Shown here: positions 35,846 through 49,789 of the stretch, in pieces
Numbering within the stretch: position 1 is the first letter of the stretch
Layout of the letters: every line of letters begins with the position of its first letter
NCBI RefSeq assembly: GCF_006345805.1
Contig: NC_043008.1
Location: 3,472,001-3,536,000, forward strand
Direction of reading: 5' to 3'
DNA length: 64,000 nucleotides
Source of the DNA: Octopus sinensis
Lineage: Eukaryota
Program-made: the position numbers and the translations under genes
Notes under the pieces: generated by a model
What the model was told of the DNA's origin: nothing
What the model saw: the letters and a program-made list of their open reading frames with translations, nothing else
Database searches by the model: none

Positions 35846-38204
35846 ATATACTGAACTAAATGAAATAAATAATGGTGGAAATGTAGAAAGAAAGTGAGTT
35901 ATACTTCTTTTGAGAGTGTTTATGAAGGTAAACACTCTCAAAATAAGTAACTTACAATAAAAGACATTAAAGCTTTAGATTTAACACAAATGATGATAAA
36001 TTTCAGCCTAAATAAAAATACAGAAAATAATTAGATAAATACAAACAAAACAGAGCAAGGCAACTCACTAAAATAAGGAAAAATTACCTCCTTGTGAGAT
36101 GAAACTCGACTGGTATCCTCTAATTTTATTGGTGTTTGCTGTATTCGAATGTAGCCGTAATTTTGGGTTCGAACCGAGTTGTAAACAGACATATGTTTTC
36201 GAAAACAACCCCTCAAACAAGAATAGATGCAAACGCCATGTTTATTAAACTTCTGTCGTATCTTCTAGTCTGCTACTCGTGTCACAACTCACCCTCAATC
36301 TGCATTTCACTTAACTTCGTTTTCCTCCAGCATTAAAATCAAATTGAGTATGCCACTGTTCCTTTTTCTGACCAATGGAAAGTTGGAGGAATTTGTGGTC
36401 TGTCCACTTTCAATTATTTATATTTAGTCTTGACTGGTTCTTTATTTTTACTCTTTTGTCTCACTGCGACAGATGCTTTATTTATTCTGAATCTTTAAAT
36501 GACGATACATTGATTCTAGTATTTGTGACCTTCGTCAAGCACTGCATCCATTGTGTCATCATGCCTTGGCACTTAGGGCAAGGCGATTTCGTATACCATT
36601 CCCGAACTTGCTACTGCTGTTGCTCTCGTAACTAAGCTTTGTATAACATACCCCTGTCCTTGCGCCTTATCTTGTTGTCAAAGGCATTATTCCTCTCCCG
36701 CTATAACCTGTTACTCTCACATGACTAGCGATTAGGTTTTCTGCTCTGTACAAACTGTGTAATTGTCTTCCTTTTCACGCCTGCAAAGAGATACAATTCA
36801 AGTAATTTCTTGGAAGCTTCGGAGTTCATCAATAACCACGTGATTATGCAGACTGTACGCGGCCACATATCCCGCACTTACCACCTACACGTACTGCGTC
36901 ATAAAGGTGATAATGAGCCAAGCATCAATGTCTGCACCGATGTCCTTAGCTTACTCACTTACGTTTTTCTTTGCCATGTAATGTGTCACTAGCTTGCCAG
37001 GCTTACTAAATACTATGAAAAGACTTCCATATGTACTAACGCAGTTGACCGAACACAAATTGTGCCACAAATGGCCAGGTTTTCTTTTAAGTGCATCCTC
37101 GAGTGCATATAGAAGCCATTTGTTTTCAAAAAGCAGAAGTTATGAATCTCCCCTTCGCCATCCTCCGGAGATACGCCGTTTCCACTTTGTCTGCAAGAGT
37201 TATAAGAAATGTTTCTATAGTGTGAGAGGCAAAATTTTTTTGTAATGATTTAATGATTTAAAAAAGGAAGTGCATTTCCAATTCGAGTTGACACACGGAT
37301 ATTTCAGAAACATACTTCAGTCAGGGGTTAATTCTGTTTTATAATAATGAAAACATTTCTAAAAAAAAAATTTTTTTTTAATTTAAAAAAAGACAGAAAA
37401 ATTCTTCGAAATTGCTAGTTATATTCCTATACTTACCATTTCGCTTTTCAAATAATCAGGTAAAGATACGCCAGCTTCTCTGACACGCATCTCGAAAAAA
37501 TACTCTTATATTCATTGAGATGACTCAGTCGCAAAGGTTCTCACACATTCCTAAATGTAAAAAATCTGTTACGGTTGCTTTTCTTTTTGGTTAAAGTTTT
37601 TAAAACTACATCTACTTTGCTTCCATTGACATGCACTAATGCGTAAATGCGTGTTTACGTGTATGCTGGTAGTTCAATGAACATAATCATCTTATTTGAA
37701 ACAGCGTTTTAGCTTACAAAATTTCCAAAATACTTTTGAATTTCCGAGGACGTATCATTTCTGCACTTTCTGTAGCTCCAGAGGAGGCCTTATTAAATTT
37801 CGAGTAAACACGGTTTACAAAAATATAAAATATGAAAAATGTCCGAGAACAAACCTTCTTTTTCCACTCAAAGATAACAGGGTGGAAGTTCAAACGTTCG
37901 AAATTCCTTTGTTGGCAAAATATGACCAAAGAAAAAAAAATGGTTTCCTTCAAATTAAACGTTGTAACTGCAACCTTCCCCAGACCTGTGTTATATTTGT
38001 CCATTCGCTGCAAACAACAACACAAACAACCACAAACATAAGAACAATAACAACAGCAACAACAATAAGCTATTCTCATTTTTATTTTGATCTTTTCACG
38101 CGTTATTCGAATTGACATCATCATGAAGCCAGCTTCATGAAATGTATGGAAACCCATTGAAGTCTGAGCACAAATGTTATTTGCAATATAAATATTATAT
38201 CATA

Positions 38205-38254
38205 TGCATATTCATACATACATACATATATATATATATGTATATATGTATATA

Positions 38255-38313
<59 letters not shown>

Positions 38314-38332
38314 GAATATGCATATATATATA

Positions 38333-38391
<59 letters not shown>

Positions 38392-38446
38392 ATATATATG
38401 TATATACATATATACATGTATATATATACGAATATGCATATATATA

Positions 38447-38505
<59 letters not shown>

Positions 38506-38515
38506 GCATATATAT
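38205..38515. repeat. (TA)n compound microsatellite
   Basis: Directly visible. Confidence 0.97.
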
Positions 38516-39088
38516 GAATAAAGTCGTATGAAATATTGCTTGTTTAACTCGTATTAAACTTCATAGGAAACTATGAAACCCAGTGGAGCTAAACATATTT
38601 TCCAAACTTATCACATGAAAAATATATTCATTTTGAAAATTGAAGATCAATAATTTTCTAGACCATTTTTCAGAGATTATTGTTGTTTGTATTACTGTTG
38701 TTTAAGTATTGTGGTGGTAGTGGGGGGAGGGTGAAGGTGGTGGTGATGGTGGTGATGGAGGTGGTGGTGATAGTGGTATTATTGTTGGGAGAAGAATGGC
38801 AGGTTGGTAGGAACGGTTGTGCGACATATTAAATGCTTTATACTGTATTTTCGAATTTCCATGTGTTTAACATTTCCTCCACAAAAGAATTTGTCTTTCA
38901 CTCTTTCCTTTATTTCGCGGCCCATTCTATCGATAATTCACCTACCTTCAATCGAACCCGTTGCCAATGCCTACTTCTTTCTTTATGAGGTGTGTGCGGC
39001 ATTATCTATGCAAAGCTTTCTAAAGATACTACCAATTATTCAACTGCTATCGTATGCTTTTTTTTCTTGTTTTATTTATTTGCTTTTG

Positions 39089-39280
39089 AGATGGTGACCT
39101 GGCAGAACCGTTAGAAATGCTTAGCAGTATTTCGTCTGCCGTTACGTTCCGAGTTCAAATTCCGCCGTGGTCGACTTTGCGTTTCATCCTTTCGGGATCG
39201 ATAAATTAAGTACCAGTGAAACAACGGAGTCGATGTAATCGACTAGTCCTCTTTCCCAAAATTTTCACGGCCTACAGTTG
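39089..39280 (+). mobile_element. SINE family A (tail type 2)
   Basis: ctggcagaaccgttag..gagttcaaattccgccg..gagtcgatgtaatcgactag. Confidence 0.88.
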
Positions 39281-39377
39281 AAATATTATTTTCCGGTTTT
39301 TACTATTAGTTTAGGAGTTTCTTTTCGTAGTGATCCTTTCTTTGGCCGTCCAGATTTTGCTACGCGGATTATTTTGA

Positions 39378-39397
39378 AATTATTATTATTATTATTA

Positions 39398-39445
<48 letters not shown>

Positions 39446-39740
39446 CAGCAGCATCATTGCCTTTGCACAGCTTCTAACGCTGGAGATGTAGTACGGTGTC
39501 AGCTGTTCACTACCAGTGAACTAAGGTTAGACCCCTTATTTTTCGAGCACCTTCCGGAGTTTTCGAGCGATTCCAAGCAGTGCTGTTTTCTGCAAGTGCT
39601 CCACCCTTATTGCAGCTCGGCTTTCCCCAGGCCACATTTCATCAATTTGGAGCTTTAGATGGAAGGTCTTCAGGAAAGAAAGTCCATCTTCTGCCATGGC
39701 TCCCTATACGCAGAGCTCGATGTGTCGTAACTGAGGAGAA
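39378..39740 (-). mobile_element. R4/Dong-type 3' end (another subfamily) with (AAT)n tail
   Basis: Minus strand IRVEHLQKTALLGIARKLRKVLEK*, short UTR, then (AAT)n 39378-39443. Confidence 0.8.
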
Positions 39741-41249
39741 ACAGACAGATACAGCGAATGCCTATACGGATTTCATGATTGTGTTCTCATTCTCTCTCAT
39801 CTTCTCTCTCTTATATTGCAATTCAATTTCGAAATTGTGTTCAGGCGACTTTCATGACAGGAAATTTAATACAGACCATTTATAACAAATTAGATAAAAG
39901 AAAAACAGAGATAAGAGTGTTAGACTAAAGCCATGGAAAGGTTAGGGATAACTATCATAGAGATAAGTAAATACAACAGAAATAAACTATTACCAAATTG
40001 TTGATAGGTACACTCTAGCTGCTCCAGTAACAAGTTTTGGTCGAGATTTTCTCACCTGGATTCTAAGTGAACAAAAACTGTTTGGCCAGAAAAGAAGAAA
40101 AGTAATAACGGCCTTTAGAAAGTGCCTACCAAAGTCCGACACCTAACGATTAAATTTAGAAAGAAATTTTTGTCTGTATTTTAGAGATGTGTTGCGGTAA
40201 GGTGAAATCGATACACCGATAGTGTTTGGCCAAAATATTACAACAATTTTCTACAATTTCCTGTCTGTATGAATTAACATATCCCACACTTTGGTCACTT
40301 TGTTAACTCCCATACGTTAAAAAGTATTGCATCTTTATGAAATATGCACAGAGGTAAGGTGGTAGAAGCACGCAATACAAGTGTTGTCCAATAAAGTGAT
40401 TATACGCTACGATATGCAAATTCATAGACAGGAAGAGTAAGATAAATTGTCCATATATTATTTTCAAACGACATCAGAAAAATGTGTATTTTTTAATCGA
40501 TGCATCGATACTAACAGACGAAAATCTATATTTAAAAGAAATAGAGAAATTATCCAGATATAAGGATATAGAAAATGAGATAACCGGAATGTAGAAAATG
40601 AAAGCAATTATAACTTCTAATATCTGCTAACTTCTTAGTAATGATTAAAAATTATGCATATAAATCCAAATCATAATCTCCGGATTTACAATTAATAAAA
40701 ATCCCCAAGGATATACAACTATGCACAGAGAAAAACATATGAAGGCAATGAAACATATTTTTAAACGGGAAAATAAAAGTCCCGAACTAAAAGCTACATA
40801 AACACTGAAGGGGCGAAGAGCGGCGCTGCTCGATATTGCAGTAAAACCTCGTAATAATAAAAAGTCTCTTGAATTCTAATGACTTGTAATTTAAGTCCAA
40901 CATCTCAGATGTTCTCTGTGTTGGTGCCATAGTCGATTAAATTACTCGACTCAGTTATTATATCGATTCCTGGATGATAAAAGTCAAATTCGAAATCATC
41001 GGTATTTTCGGACAGCGAAATTTATTCTGAACCATTTCAGACAGTATCTGTGTTTCACTTTCACACTAAAGACTCTTTTATGTCTGTACACAAGCTTCGT
41101 CTGTTGATTTCATTTAATGACTTGTTCACTTGCCTTTCAATTGTCTTTAAGTAATTCTTTCGTCTTAACAACCGAACATAATTGGCACAATTTTAACGTA
41201 GTAATACCTCCTCATTTCACACATCTCAAGCAAAAAAAAAATATAGAAA

Positions 41250-41435
41250 GCGACGGGAGATCCATTACGCGTTCTATCGACCTGCTTGAAATAACAGCCA
41301 AATCTCTCTCATATTACTTCACCTCCGTAGAGAATGATATGTCGGATTCTATACTCTGCCTAAGAAAGGGACGAGAGAGTTACAGTAGGCTTTACATGTC
41401 TGCTGGATCTAAAGCTAAACAACTACAACGACTCG
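41250..41435 (+). mobile_element. SINE family C
   Basis: gatccattacgcgttctatcgacctgcttgaaataacagccaaatctc..gctaaacaactacaac. Confidence 0.65.
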
Positions 41436-41495
41436 TCAAAAACTAGCTTTTGATATTTCTTTATTTACATTATTTACATTTGACGGATATTTGTT

Positions 41496-41541
41496 AACAT
41501 AACATTTCGGCTGATTTACCCTCCAGCCTTCTTCAGGTGTC
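41496..41541 (-). ncRNA. minimal type I hammerhead motif (fourth family, slightly decayed)
   Basis: gacac CTGAAGA a GGCTG gagggtaaat CAGCC GAAA TGT T atgtt: intact core and perfect 5-bp stem II; ACGT appears as ATGT and the first stem I pair is mismatched. Confidence 0.65.
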
Positions 41542-41593
41542 TTGGGGAAATTTCTCATTCCTAATAAGAATAAGAATATATATATATATATAT

Positions 41594-41998
41594 TACTCTT
41601 TTACTTGTTTCAGTGATTTGACTGCGGCCATACTGGAGCACCGCATTTAGTCGAGCAAATCGACCCCAGGACTTATTCTTTGTAAGCCTAGTAATTATTC
41701 TATCGGTCTCCTTTGCCGAACTGCTACGTTACGGGGACGACGTAAACACACCAAAATCGGTTGTCAAGCGATGTTGGGGGACAAACACAGACAAAAAACA
41801 TACACACACATATATATATACATATACATATATACAACGGGCTTCTTTCGGTTTCCGTCTACCAAATCCACTCACAAAGCTTTGGTCGGCCCGAGGCTAT
41901 AGTAGAAGACACTTGCCCAAGGTGGCATGCAGTGGGACTGAACCCGGAACCATGTGGTTTGTAAGCAAGTTACTTGCCACACAGCCGCTCCTGCGCCT
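41594..41998 (-). mobile_element. SINE family B, full-length young copy (tRNA-derived, CORE-like motif)
   Basis: Head aggcgcaggagcggctgtgtggcaag, B box ggttcagtccc, ccttgggcaagtgtctt motif, internal (TA/GT)n, tail ggggtcgatttgctcgactaa..gagta. Confidence 0.92.
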
Positions 41999-42049
41999 TG
42001 CCACACATCCACATACCTTAGCTTTACTGAAGGCCACCATTATCTTGCT

Positions 42050-43250
42050 GGACCCGTTAATTCCCGTCCAACATTAAAGCAGTATTCGAAGTTGCTGATG
42101 GATTCTTAGAATAATCTTATAAGAAAGCTTATGGAGATCACGTGCACCTATGTTTATTGAAATTGATTTCGTTTTTGCTATGTTAGACTCGTTCTATTAA
42201 ATTACTAGATCTGCTCTCAAATACTCCTCGCATACAATTCGAAACCTTCACACACTTTTCTTTACTTTCCTCCTCTCATTGTTTCTCATCATATTTGATT
42301 TTATACCACACTGTATGTTTCTGATTAATCATTCTTACTCTTTTTTTCCTTTCTTTTTCAAATCTATTACACTTCTAGGATATTCACTGCATTGTCATTC
42401 CTTTTAACAGAATTCTCAGAGAATATTCTAAATCTAGACAAAAATGATGGATAGTTTGCATTTGCTGTTCTTTTTTCCCTTTCATAATCTGCACAATTCT
42501 GATGTCACTTTCATCTTTCTTAATTTATTCCATGTTCTCGTTTCCAGTATTTGCTACACCATGCTAATCACGATACACGGTTTTCGATAATATAAGTTAC
42601 AGCTTAGCCGTAAACAGCTTTTTTCTCTCTCTTCTAAGCTGTTAAATACTTCACACTGTTGAGATTTATCTTTGTAATACCTAAGCTTTAGTTCTTCTGA
42701 TCTCTTTTAAGGTTTCTCCTTTAGATTCCACCAGATTTCCGACGATATACCATTCATCCTGATTTCTTCATAAGTAAATTTCGCCTTTTTTTCAATGATC
42801 ATAGCTCTGTTTTCTGCTTGTGTTTCAGTGAAAAAATTTCTTATATTTCAGTCTTCGATGTTGTACTGATCCATTTCCTTTACATTGTACCATGGCACCG
42901 TATTATTTGTTTACTTATAACTGTAACAATTCTACCTTCATTATCTTAAATAATATTTCTTTACTGAAAGCAAGTTACTTTCAGCAATTATCACAAAATT
43001 TTCAATCTCAATCAATCGTTGTCGATAATCCTTCTTGCTCGAAGATGACCCTCCAATATCTTTGATCACCCTGGATTCTAATATTTTTCATATTCACAAA
43101 TTTCGGAATTACATGGTAATGTATGCTTTTTATGAAGTATTTGTTCAAGAGATTCACTGGAGTTTCGAGTGGCAGTTTTTAATTTATGTATTTTCAACTG
43201 GATTACACCTAAGAAAGTTGTTGACTAATTACTCTGTGTAAATATGACTT
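42050..43250 (-). pseudogene. highly decayed RTE-like reverse transcriptase fragment
   Basis: Minus-strand peptides KILESRVIKD and NGISSEIWWNLKEK resemble RTE RT motifs (KILERV.., DRVPREVIWW.LRK); many stops. Confidence 0.5.
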
Positions 43251-43318
43251 TTAGGCGTAATATTGCAATATATATCATCTTTCTACATTTTGGATTTGAA
43301 TCATATTGGGTTTACACA

Positions 43319-43354
<36 letters not shown>

Positions 43355-43874
43355 ATTCTTTTCTACTCAATAAACTACAGTAATATGCTAGAGACATTCA
43401 TCCGACGGAATATGTCAATGTAAGAAACTAGATTACGGACTGGTGTCGTTCAGTCTTGGTTGTAATGGTGGAGCAGACCAGTATAGTTCTCTGGTTGGTT
43501 TGAGGTGACTAAAACTCTTTCAGGACACATATACAATACATTAAATATCAATCGAATATTTTAGTGATTAATGTTATCTGCTGCTCCTGTGAAACACAAT
43601 GTGACAATCCCACAGTTTGGTAATTTGTCTTTGTAATAAGTGACCGGGTCAAGATTTTGCCAGTAAAAAGATTTATTATTCACATAAAAATAATTTGGAA
43701 GGATTGGTCTCGCTAGGACATCAGGACTATTCCTTTTATTCAGAAATCTACACATTAACCTGATTAGTGAATCACTAAATCACGCCCCACAAACATACAC
43801 ACGTATGACAATGATAATTTATTTGTGTGCGTATGTATAAGAATATACGTATGTATGTATTCAATATGTATACA

Positions 43875-44268
43875 GTTTTATTTCAAGATTTCTTACCTAT
43901 AGAGAAAGAGCCGGTTTCTAACCTAGATCCAAGGCTTCTTCATTGGAATTTCAACATCTGCAACGGTATTTTTGTCTCTATGGATGTATATGTGAAGATT
44001 TGTATGTTTTGTCTCATGCATATAGTTGCATATCTAGACATGCTCATATATATTTAAATGATAAACTTCTGGATAGTTTTACAGATTTTTACAGTTCCAG
44101 TGAAGGATTGGATCTGTAGTCTTCGAATTTGCTTCCTCCTTTCTAGTTGGTTTTGAGAAGCCTAATTTCTCAAGATTGGTATTTAGGCAGTGTGTTACAT
44201 ATGACAGGGCCCCAAAAATTACAGGTATAAGCCTGAACATGAAATCTGGATAGAGTAGCTGCAGATTT
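43875..44268 (-). mobile_element. 3' end of an RLE-type non-LTR element, copy 2
   Basis: LQLLYPDFMFRLIPVIFGALSYVTHCLNTNLEKLGFSKP; homologous to 6745-7172 with the same 5' breakpoint. Confidence 0.82.
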
Positions 44269-44271
44269 ATG

Positions 44272-44305
<34 letters not shown>

Positions 44306-44384
44306 CACAGGATATGTGAACGCTAGATATGCTCAGTATAGAAAATACGTTGTTGTGCTCAAATGAATTGAATTTAAACACCGA

Positions 44385-44475
44385 ATACTTTATCGATTTT
44401 CTCGACTAAAGGCGGTGTTCCAGCATTGCTACAGTCAAATGATTGAAACAAGTAAAAGAGTAAAAGAGTCAAAGA

Positions 44476-44478
<3 letters not shown>
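44385..44478 (+). mobile_element. SINE family B 3' tail
   Basis: tcgattttctcgactaaaggcggtgttccagcat..caagtaaaagagtaaaagag. Confidence 0.8.
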
Positions 44479-44527
<49 letters not shown>

Positions 44528-47500
44528 GCGTGTATATATACATATGCGTGTATATATACATATATAAACACATACACACTCTCTACCAAATTTTTCTAAA
44601 AAGGCTTCGGTTGATCCCAGACTATATTAGATGATGTCTACTCAAGGAATTGGAATGGAGTCCAAATAGAAGCATGTTATTGCAAACTCCGTACATTATT
44701 GAAATTATAGATCTGGCAGACAGCGGTTATGTTAAAGATGCTTTCTTTTTCACGTAATGCTCCTTGTTATTCTCTGCTTAAATTCGTTCTACTTACCTCC
44801 GGCTTTCTGGTTTCTTGAAAAAGTATGAGAGTGGGTTATAGCGGTCAGATAGAATTCTCTATGCGATTATACTGTTTTATAAATGCTTATTTTCTAACCC
44901 GGTTGGTAAGTGGTTATACAGTTGATATGAAGTGTATATGCGTGCTTGTATTGCGTTGTAATGCAAAATGTTATCATTCTTTCCCTTAGAAAATATATCG
45001 GTGAAATCGTTCCAAAAGTCAGAAGAAATTAAGTTGCAGCATGCACTAATGAGAAAGAGAGAGGAGAGAGATGCTTCTTCTCCTGCCAGCTGATGGTCTG
45101 TAATTGAGATCAAGCCACCCCCCACCCCACCCCCCATAGAAAGAAAGATAGTGTTGTCTAGGAAAAGCTTTTGCGTCAGAGCGCATAGATCCGGGACAAA
45201 AACTGCGATAAACTCTATTCAACGCTCGAGTGGTTTACCAATAACGTTTTGACGTGTAAAGAGTATCTCCATGCGTCGTCGTCTTTGCTGAGTCATACGT
45301 GTGAGAAGAGTTCATGCTGTGAATGTACAACCTTCAACTCATGGTAAAAGAGTTTACAAAAACATTCACTCACTGAAAATCATATGTCACCCAAACTCTA
45401 AGCAATATAAATATTTAAAGCGAACAGAATAAACTTCTTCTTGGTTATTGACTGCTAGAGATGTTTCTCTAAGCGCACTCACTAATGTCTTAAAAAGACA
45501 GGAAAGAAAAGCAAAAGATGAATAAAGCAATCTGAAACAAAATATGTTCGTAAACACACCTATGATTCAATGTTTATATCTTCATTGTACATAGGTGTGG
45601 TCGATCAAAACTATTTAATTTCTTACTTAGTATAATCCACATTTTGTTGACATAAGTTATATCTAACAAATCACCTATGATCACGGGTAACACCTCTTTG
45701 TTCATTGATGTGTGGTGGCCTGAGAGTAATGAAGAGGCAAGTTAAAATGTTAGCACAATAGTAGAAATGACCCTGGGTTTGTTTCTGATTTATTATGATC
45801 ACATCAATGAAGTATACACTTCACCGTTTTTGGCAGATGAAAGTAAAATCATTAGCATAGCGAAGTGAAATATTTACTGGAAGGCGCCTTGCTCTGTAAT
45901 CTTTGTCGTAGTTTTATGTCAATTATCAGCGCAATACACCTTTAATCATACTTTTGCCTTAAGTATTTCTTCACATAAAAATATTATTTATTACAAAATA
46001 AAATAATTGTTAAACAGTTCTATCAATGTTAGCAAGAAATCTATTTATTTTCGAAGCAGAAATAAGAAAAAAACAGAACTCTAGTTTGGTAAATAGAACG
46101 GAAAAAATTCCCCTCTTGAATTACCACAAATCTTTTTAAATTCTTTAAATTTAACAAAACTAGCAATACAATAGTAGAATGTTTATGATATTTTAGTGCG
46201 TGAATAAGTTTAATTGATTGCCTATAGCAATATTAAAAAAAGACTTGTATATAATTAGTATCAAATCATATGATTAACCGAACAAAATAATTTGCTGCTT
46301 TGAATTTTGTTTCCTTATATTTTTGAGTACGAAGAACAGTAAGTAACATATTTGTAACTGGTTGATCTACATTCGTTTGAATTATGTTTTAGTTCTCTCC
46401 GTTAATACACACATACTTGAAGATAAAAGTGGAACGCCAGCGTGTTCATAGTGAGAAGCACTTCGTTTTAACCATATGTCATAAACACTCACAGGAAACC
46501 AGTATGTTTTGGAAGTTTTCAGAGCCATATAACTTGCCTCTTGGCCAAATGTTACATTAGTACTCCATTTTTCTTCGGTATGTAAATATAATTTGACTCG
46601 TTTTAAAATGTAGACATTTAGATTTTAAGACAACTTAAATAGCATCTTCTTGCCGTCCTGTCGATATTCAGCGAGGGCTTGTTGATTTAGAAACCGAAAA
46701 CCGAACATTTTACAAAGTGCCTGAGGCTTGAGAAACTTCTAATTGAAATGTTGTACGCCACAAGATAAATTAAGTAATCTTGTACTCGCCCGAGGAAGAA
46801 AATATATATTCGAAACAAATACAATGATAAGGGAAGCCCTTTAAGATATCTATGAAGAGAAGCTAATAGATATCTCGACTTCGTCTCTGTTGCGTGTAGC
46901 GCTGTTATCAGGTTAAAACGATTGCACGCGATTGAATATATTAGAAAGTAGATTTCTTCAAATGAAACATTTTTTCTGACACATAAACATCCCTTGAGAT
47001 CCCAAAATAATTGCTTTGGGCGATGTTATTTTCTTTATTTTCTAGCATTTGATTATTTTTAGAATACATTTTATGTGTATTTGAGACCAAAAATAATTCC
47101 AATTGTCGGGAAATATCGTGGGTAGTATTAAGCGAATAGTTAATTCTTCTAAAAACCCAACCAAGTAATCTTAACTTGCATTTATGTCACTTTGTTGTGA
47201 AATCTTTTTGAACTTTCAGAATGCCCTCTGGTTTATCCAAGAGAAAACTCTTATATCATTTGAAATGTATCTTCTCAAATGTCAATTTGATTCATTTAAC
47301 AAAATATTTATACTGGTTCATTGCAATTGCTTTGGACGACCTGTCTGATGAAATAAGTTCATCAACCAGTATCTGCCGTGCTGTGACAGCCATGTCATGA
47401 TACTAATTCGGAGCTGAGAATAATTTATACTTGCACGGATACCGGTCTTATAGCCATTTCGCTGTAATAATAGTATCCAATTTCCAGCTAAATAGAAAGG

Positions 47501-48224
47501 TTAACGAGGAATTCACTAATCACAAATGAGTTGGAAAGTAGATACTTAGTCATTGTGCCACTGCCATTTTGTACATTTAGTTGACGTAATACATACATAT
47601 ATATACTCTTCCGAAACTAGCAGAGGTTAAATTGTATTAGCATAAAATAAGAGCATTAATGTAAGCATTCCCCCTGCAGCTTAAGCGTTTGACATGCAGG
47701 CTGGAATTAGAACATGAATAAATGCCAAAGGCATTACAGTTGGATAATACTCTTCTGTAAGCTCAGTAGAATTATAATTTCATAAATGGATATGAACATT
47801 CATGTTGTGCTGTAAAAGAATTGGCATATTGTGGCATTAATATTATAAGTAAAGCAGCTTCAACTTAAAACTGTATCCATCATACAATTTGCCCTCAACT
47901 TACAATTATAACACAGAACTCACGACAAATACTTGAAGAAAAACGATAAACTTTCGTTCCGTTTACTACGCTACAATGTATGAAGTTGACTTTTACATTT
48001 TATGGCTGTTGTTGTTTTGCTTCAACTCAAACCCGACGGAAGACCTTCTAGCGGTGAACATCTCACTTTATCAAAAAGTTTATCCTACACAAGTTTATGC
48101 AAAATATCTTTATTTTTACATTGATCTTACTGTTATTTCTGGCGAATCAAGTAATGACTGAAGGAATCCTTCATTGATCTGTTGGTGTATTTGCATACAT
48201 GTTACAATTACTCAGCCCCCAACA

Positions 48225-48415
48225 GAGACTTTTTGCAAGCAGGTCTATAAGTGAAAGCCACTATAATTGGTGACCATCCTATCTTTTTATATAGTGGTTA
48301 TCTCAAAAGACATTACTGAAAATGTGATTTTCTTTTAATAACTATAGGGTTCGTTTTCAGAAAGATTTGACTGTTATGTCTGGTAAGTCAAATCGACCGC
48401 ATAGAGGTTCCTGCA
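48225..48415 (-). mobile_element. old SINE family C
   Basis: ctcagcccc..gcaggtcta..gaccatcc..gttatgtctggtaagtcaaatcgac; further similar fragments at about 48826-49010 and 50858-51050. Confidence 0.45.
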
Positions 48416-49789
48416 TTAGTACCTCTTTCGTAGATCAGGCAGTACATCACTTTGTGCTACCGTGTGTAATGAGGGAGAGATATACGGAAGGCAATCGGGG
48501 CAGAGAATATTAGAGGTTCTCTAACCGAGCCGTTTAAAGCAGAGGAGAGAAATACAGGATTCACTCCAACACTGCAAGAGAAAATGATCCCATCAAGGGA
48601 CCAAAGGAGAGAAAATGGGAAACTGCGCAACTGGTTGATTATCACCGGATAATTTCCCTATTGTGTTGCATGTTTCTTTTATCAAAGAGATCATAAATCC
48701 AATATCCAATAATATATTTGTACAGAGATGATGTACATACCAATGTCGTGTTGTTTCGCTTCTGTTGTTTTTGTTGTTGTGATGTGGTAGTGATGGTCAC
48801 CGTTAATATAGTCGTTCTTCTGCAGTATCGAATCAGCCCTTTTTGAGCACAATTATGAAGAAAACCTTCAAAGTGAAATTATCCCTCTTGTTTGTATATC
48901 TAGGAATACGTTTTCCAATGTGAACCTTTTTCTTTGAAGATAACAGGGTGTGGTTTGATGAAGAATGTCTTCTGTTCCAAACGCGTCGCAGCGAACAAAT
49001 GGAGTCTTTTTTTGTTAACCTAACGTATTTTGCTTCTTGTTACCCGGATACCGGCGTTGCTCGTCTGGTAATGAACAGTTTCTTCATTCAAAACAACACC
49101 ATCATCTAAGGAAGAGTTACCTTAATAAATTCAGGATTATACTATTGTGTAATGCAGGAATACATCATTATCTTAGGCTAGAGTATTTGATCTAATACGG
49201 GTGCACATTATGTGATTATGGATTATCTATCGCGGGCGTAAGTTAATGCAAGAGCGTATTATCTAATACAGAACTCTACGTATTTAATCCATCAAGCTTT
49301 TTCAAAGATGTTAAGGTGTAACGTGAGGATTAATTTTACTGCTATACCTGGCAGGTTGAATGACCCCATAAAAGTTAACGCATCCAACACGTGGTATGTC
49401 TTGGAGCGAAAGATATTTGCTGACATGTTTAATCGTCATAAAAGTCTTGTAATTCATTCACTTAAACACCTTAATTAACCAGTGAATAGCTTGGGTTGTT
49501 GTAGTTATTCTCCGATTTGAGTTTTACAGGTAGTATAAAGAGAGCATTTGTAAAAGGATCTGCTGTGTGTAAGTACTTTAATCAAATACAGGGTGGCCCA
49601 ACTAAAGCAGCTGATTTTATTTGGTATATATGTTGTAATGTCCAATATATGTGCATGATAGTTTTGCCTAATATTTATCCCAATAAGATTAATTTAAATC
49701 TTCATGATTTTATAATTGTAATTGCGTAGTTTTAAAATTCTATTGGTACGTGATTTTGAAAGCTTTTTCATAGTAAGTGAACGTTGAAA

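Noticed and set aside
36350-36800. Possible piggyBac-like remnant or exon after a strong minus-strand acceptor
   Set aside because: All frames stop early; peptide similarity (MDAVLDEGH) is too weak; no TTAA or TIR found.
39730-39750. CTGAGGA-GAAAC
   Set aside because: The core boxes are adjacent with no stem II; chance match at the edge of an R4 fragment.
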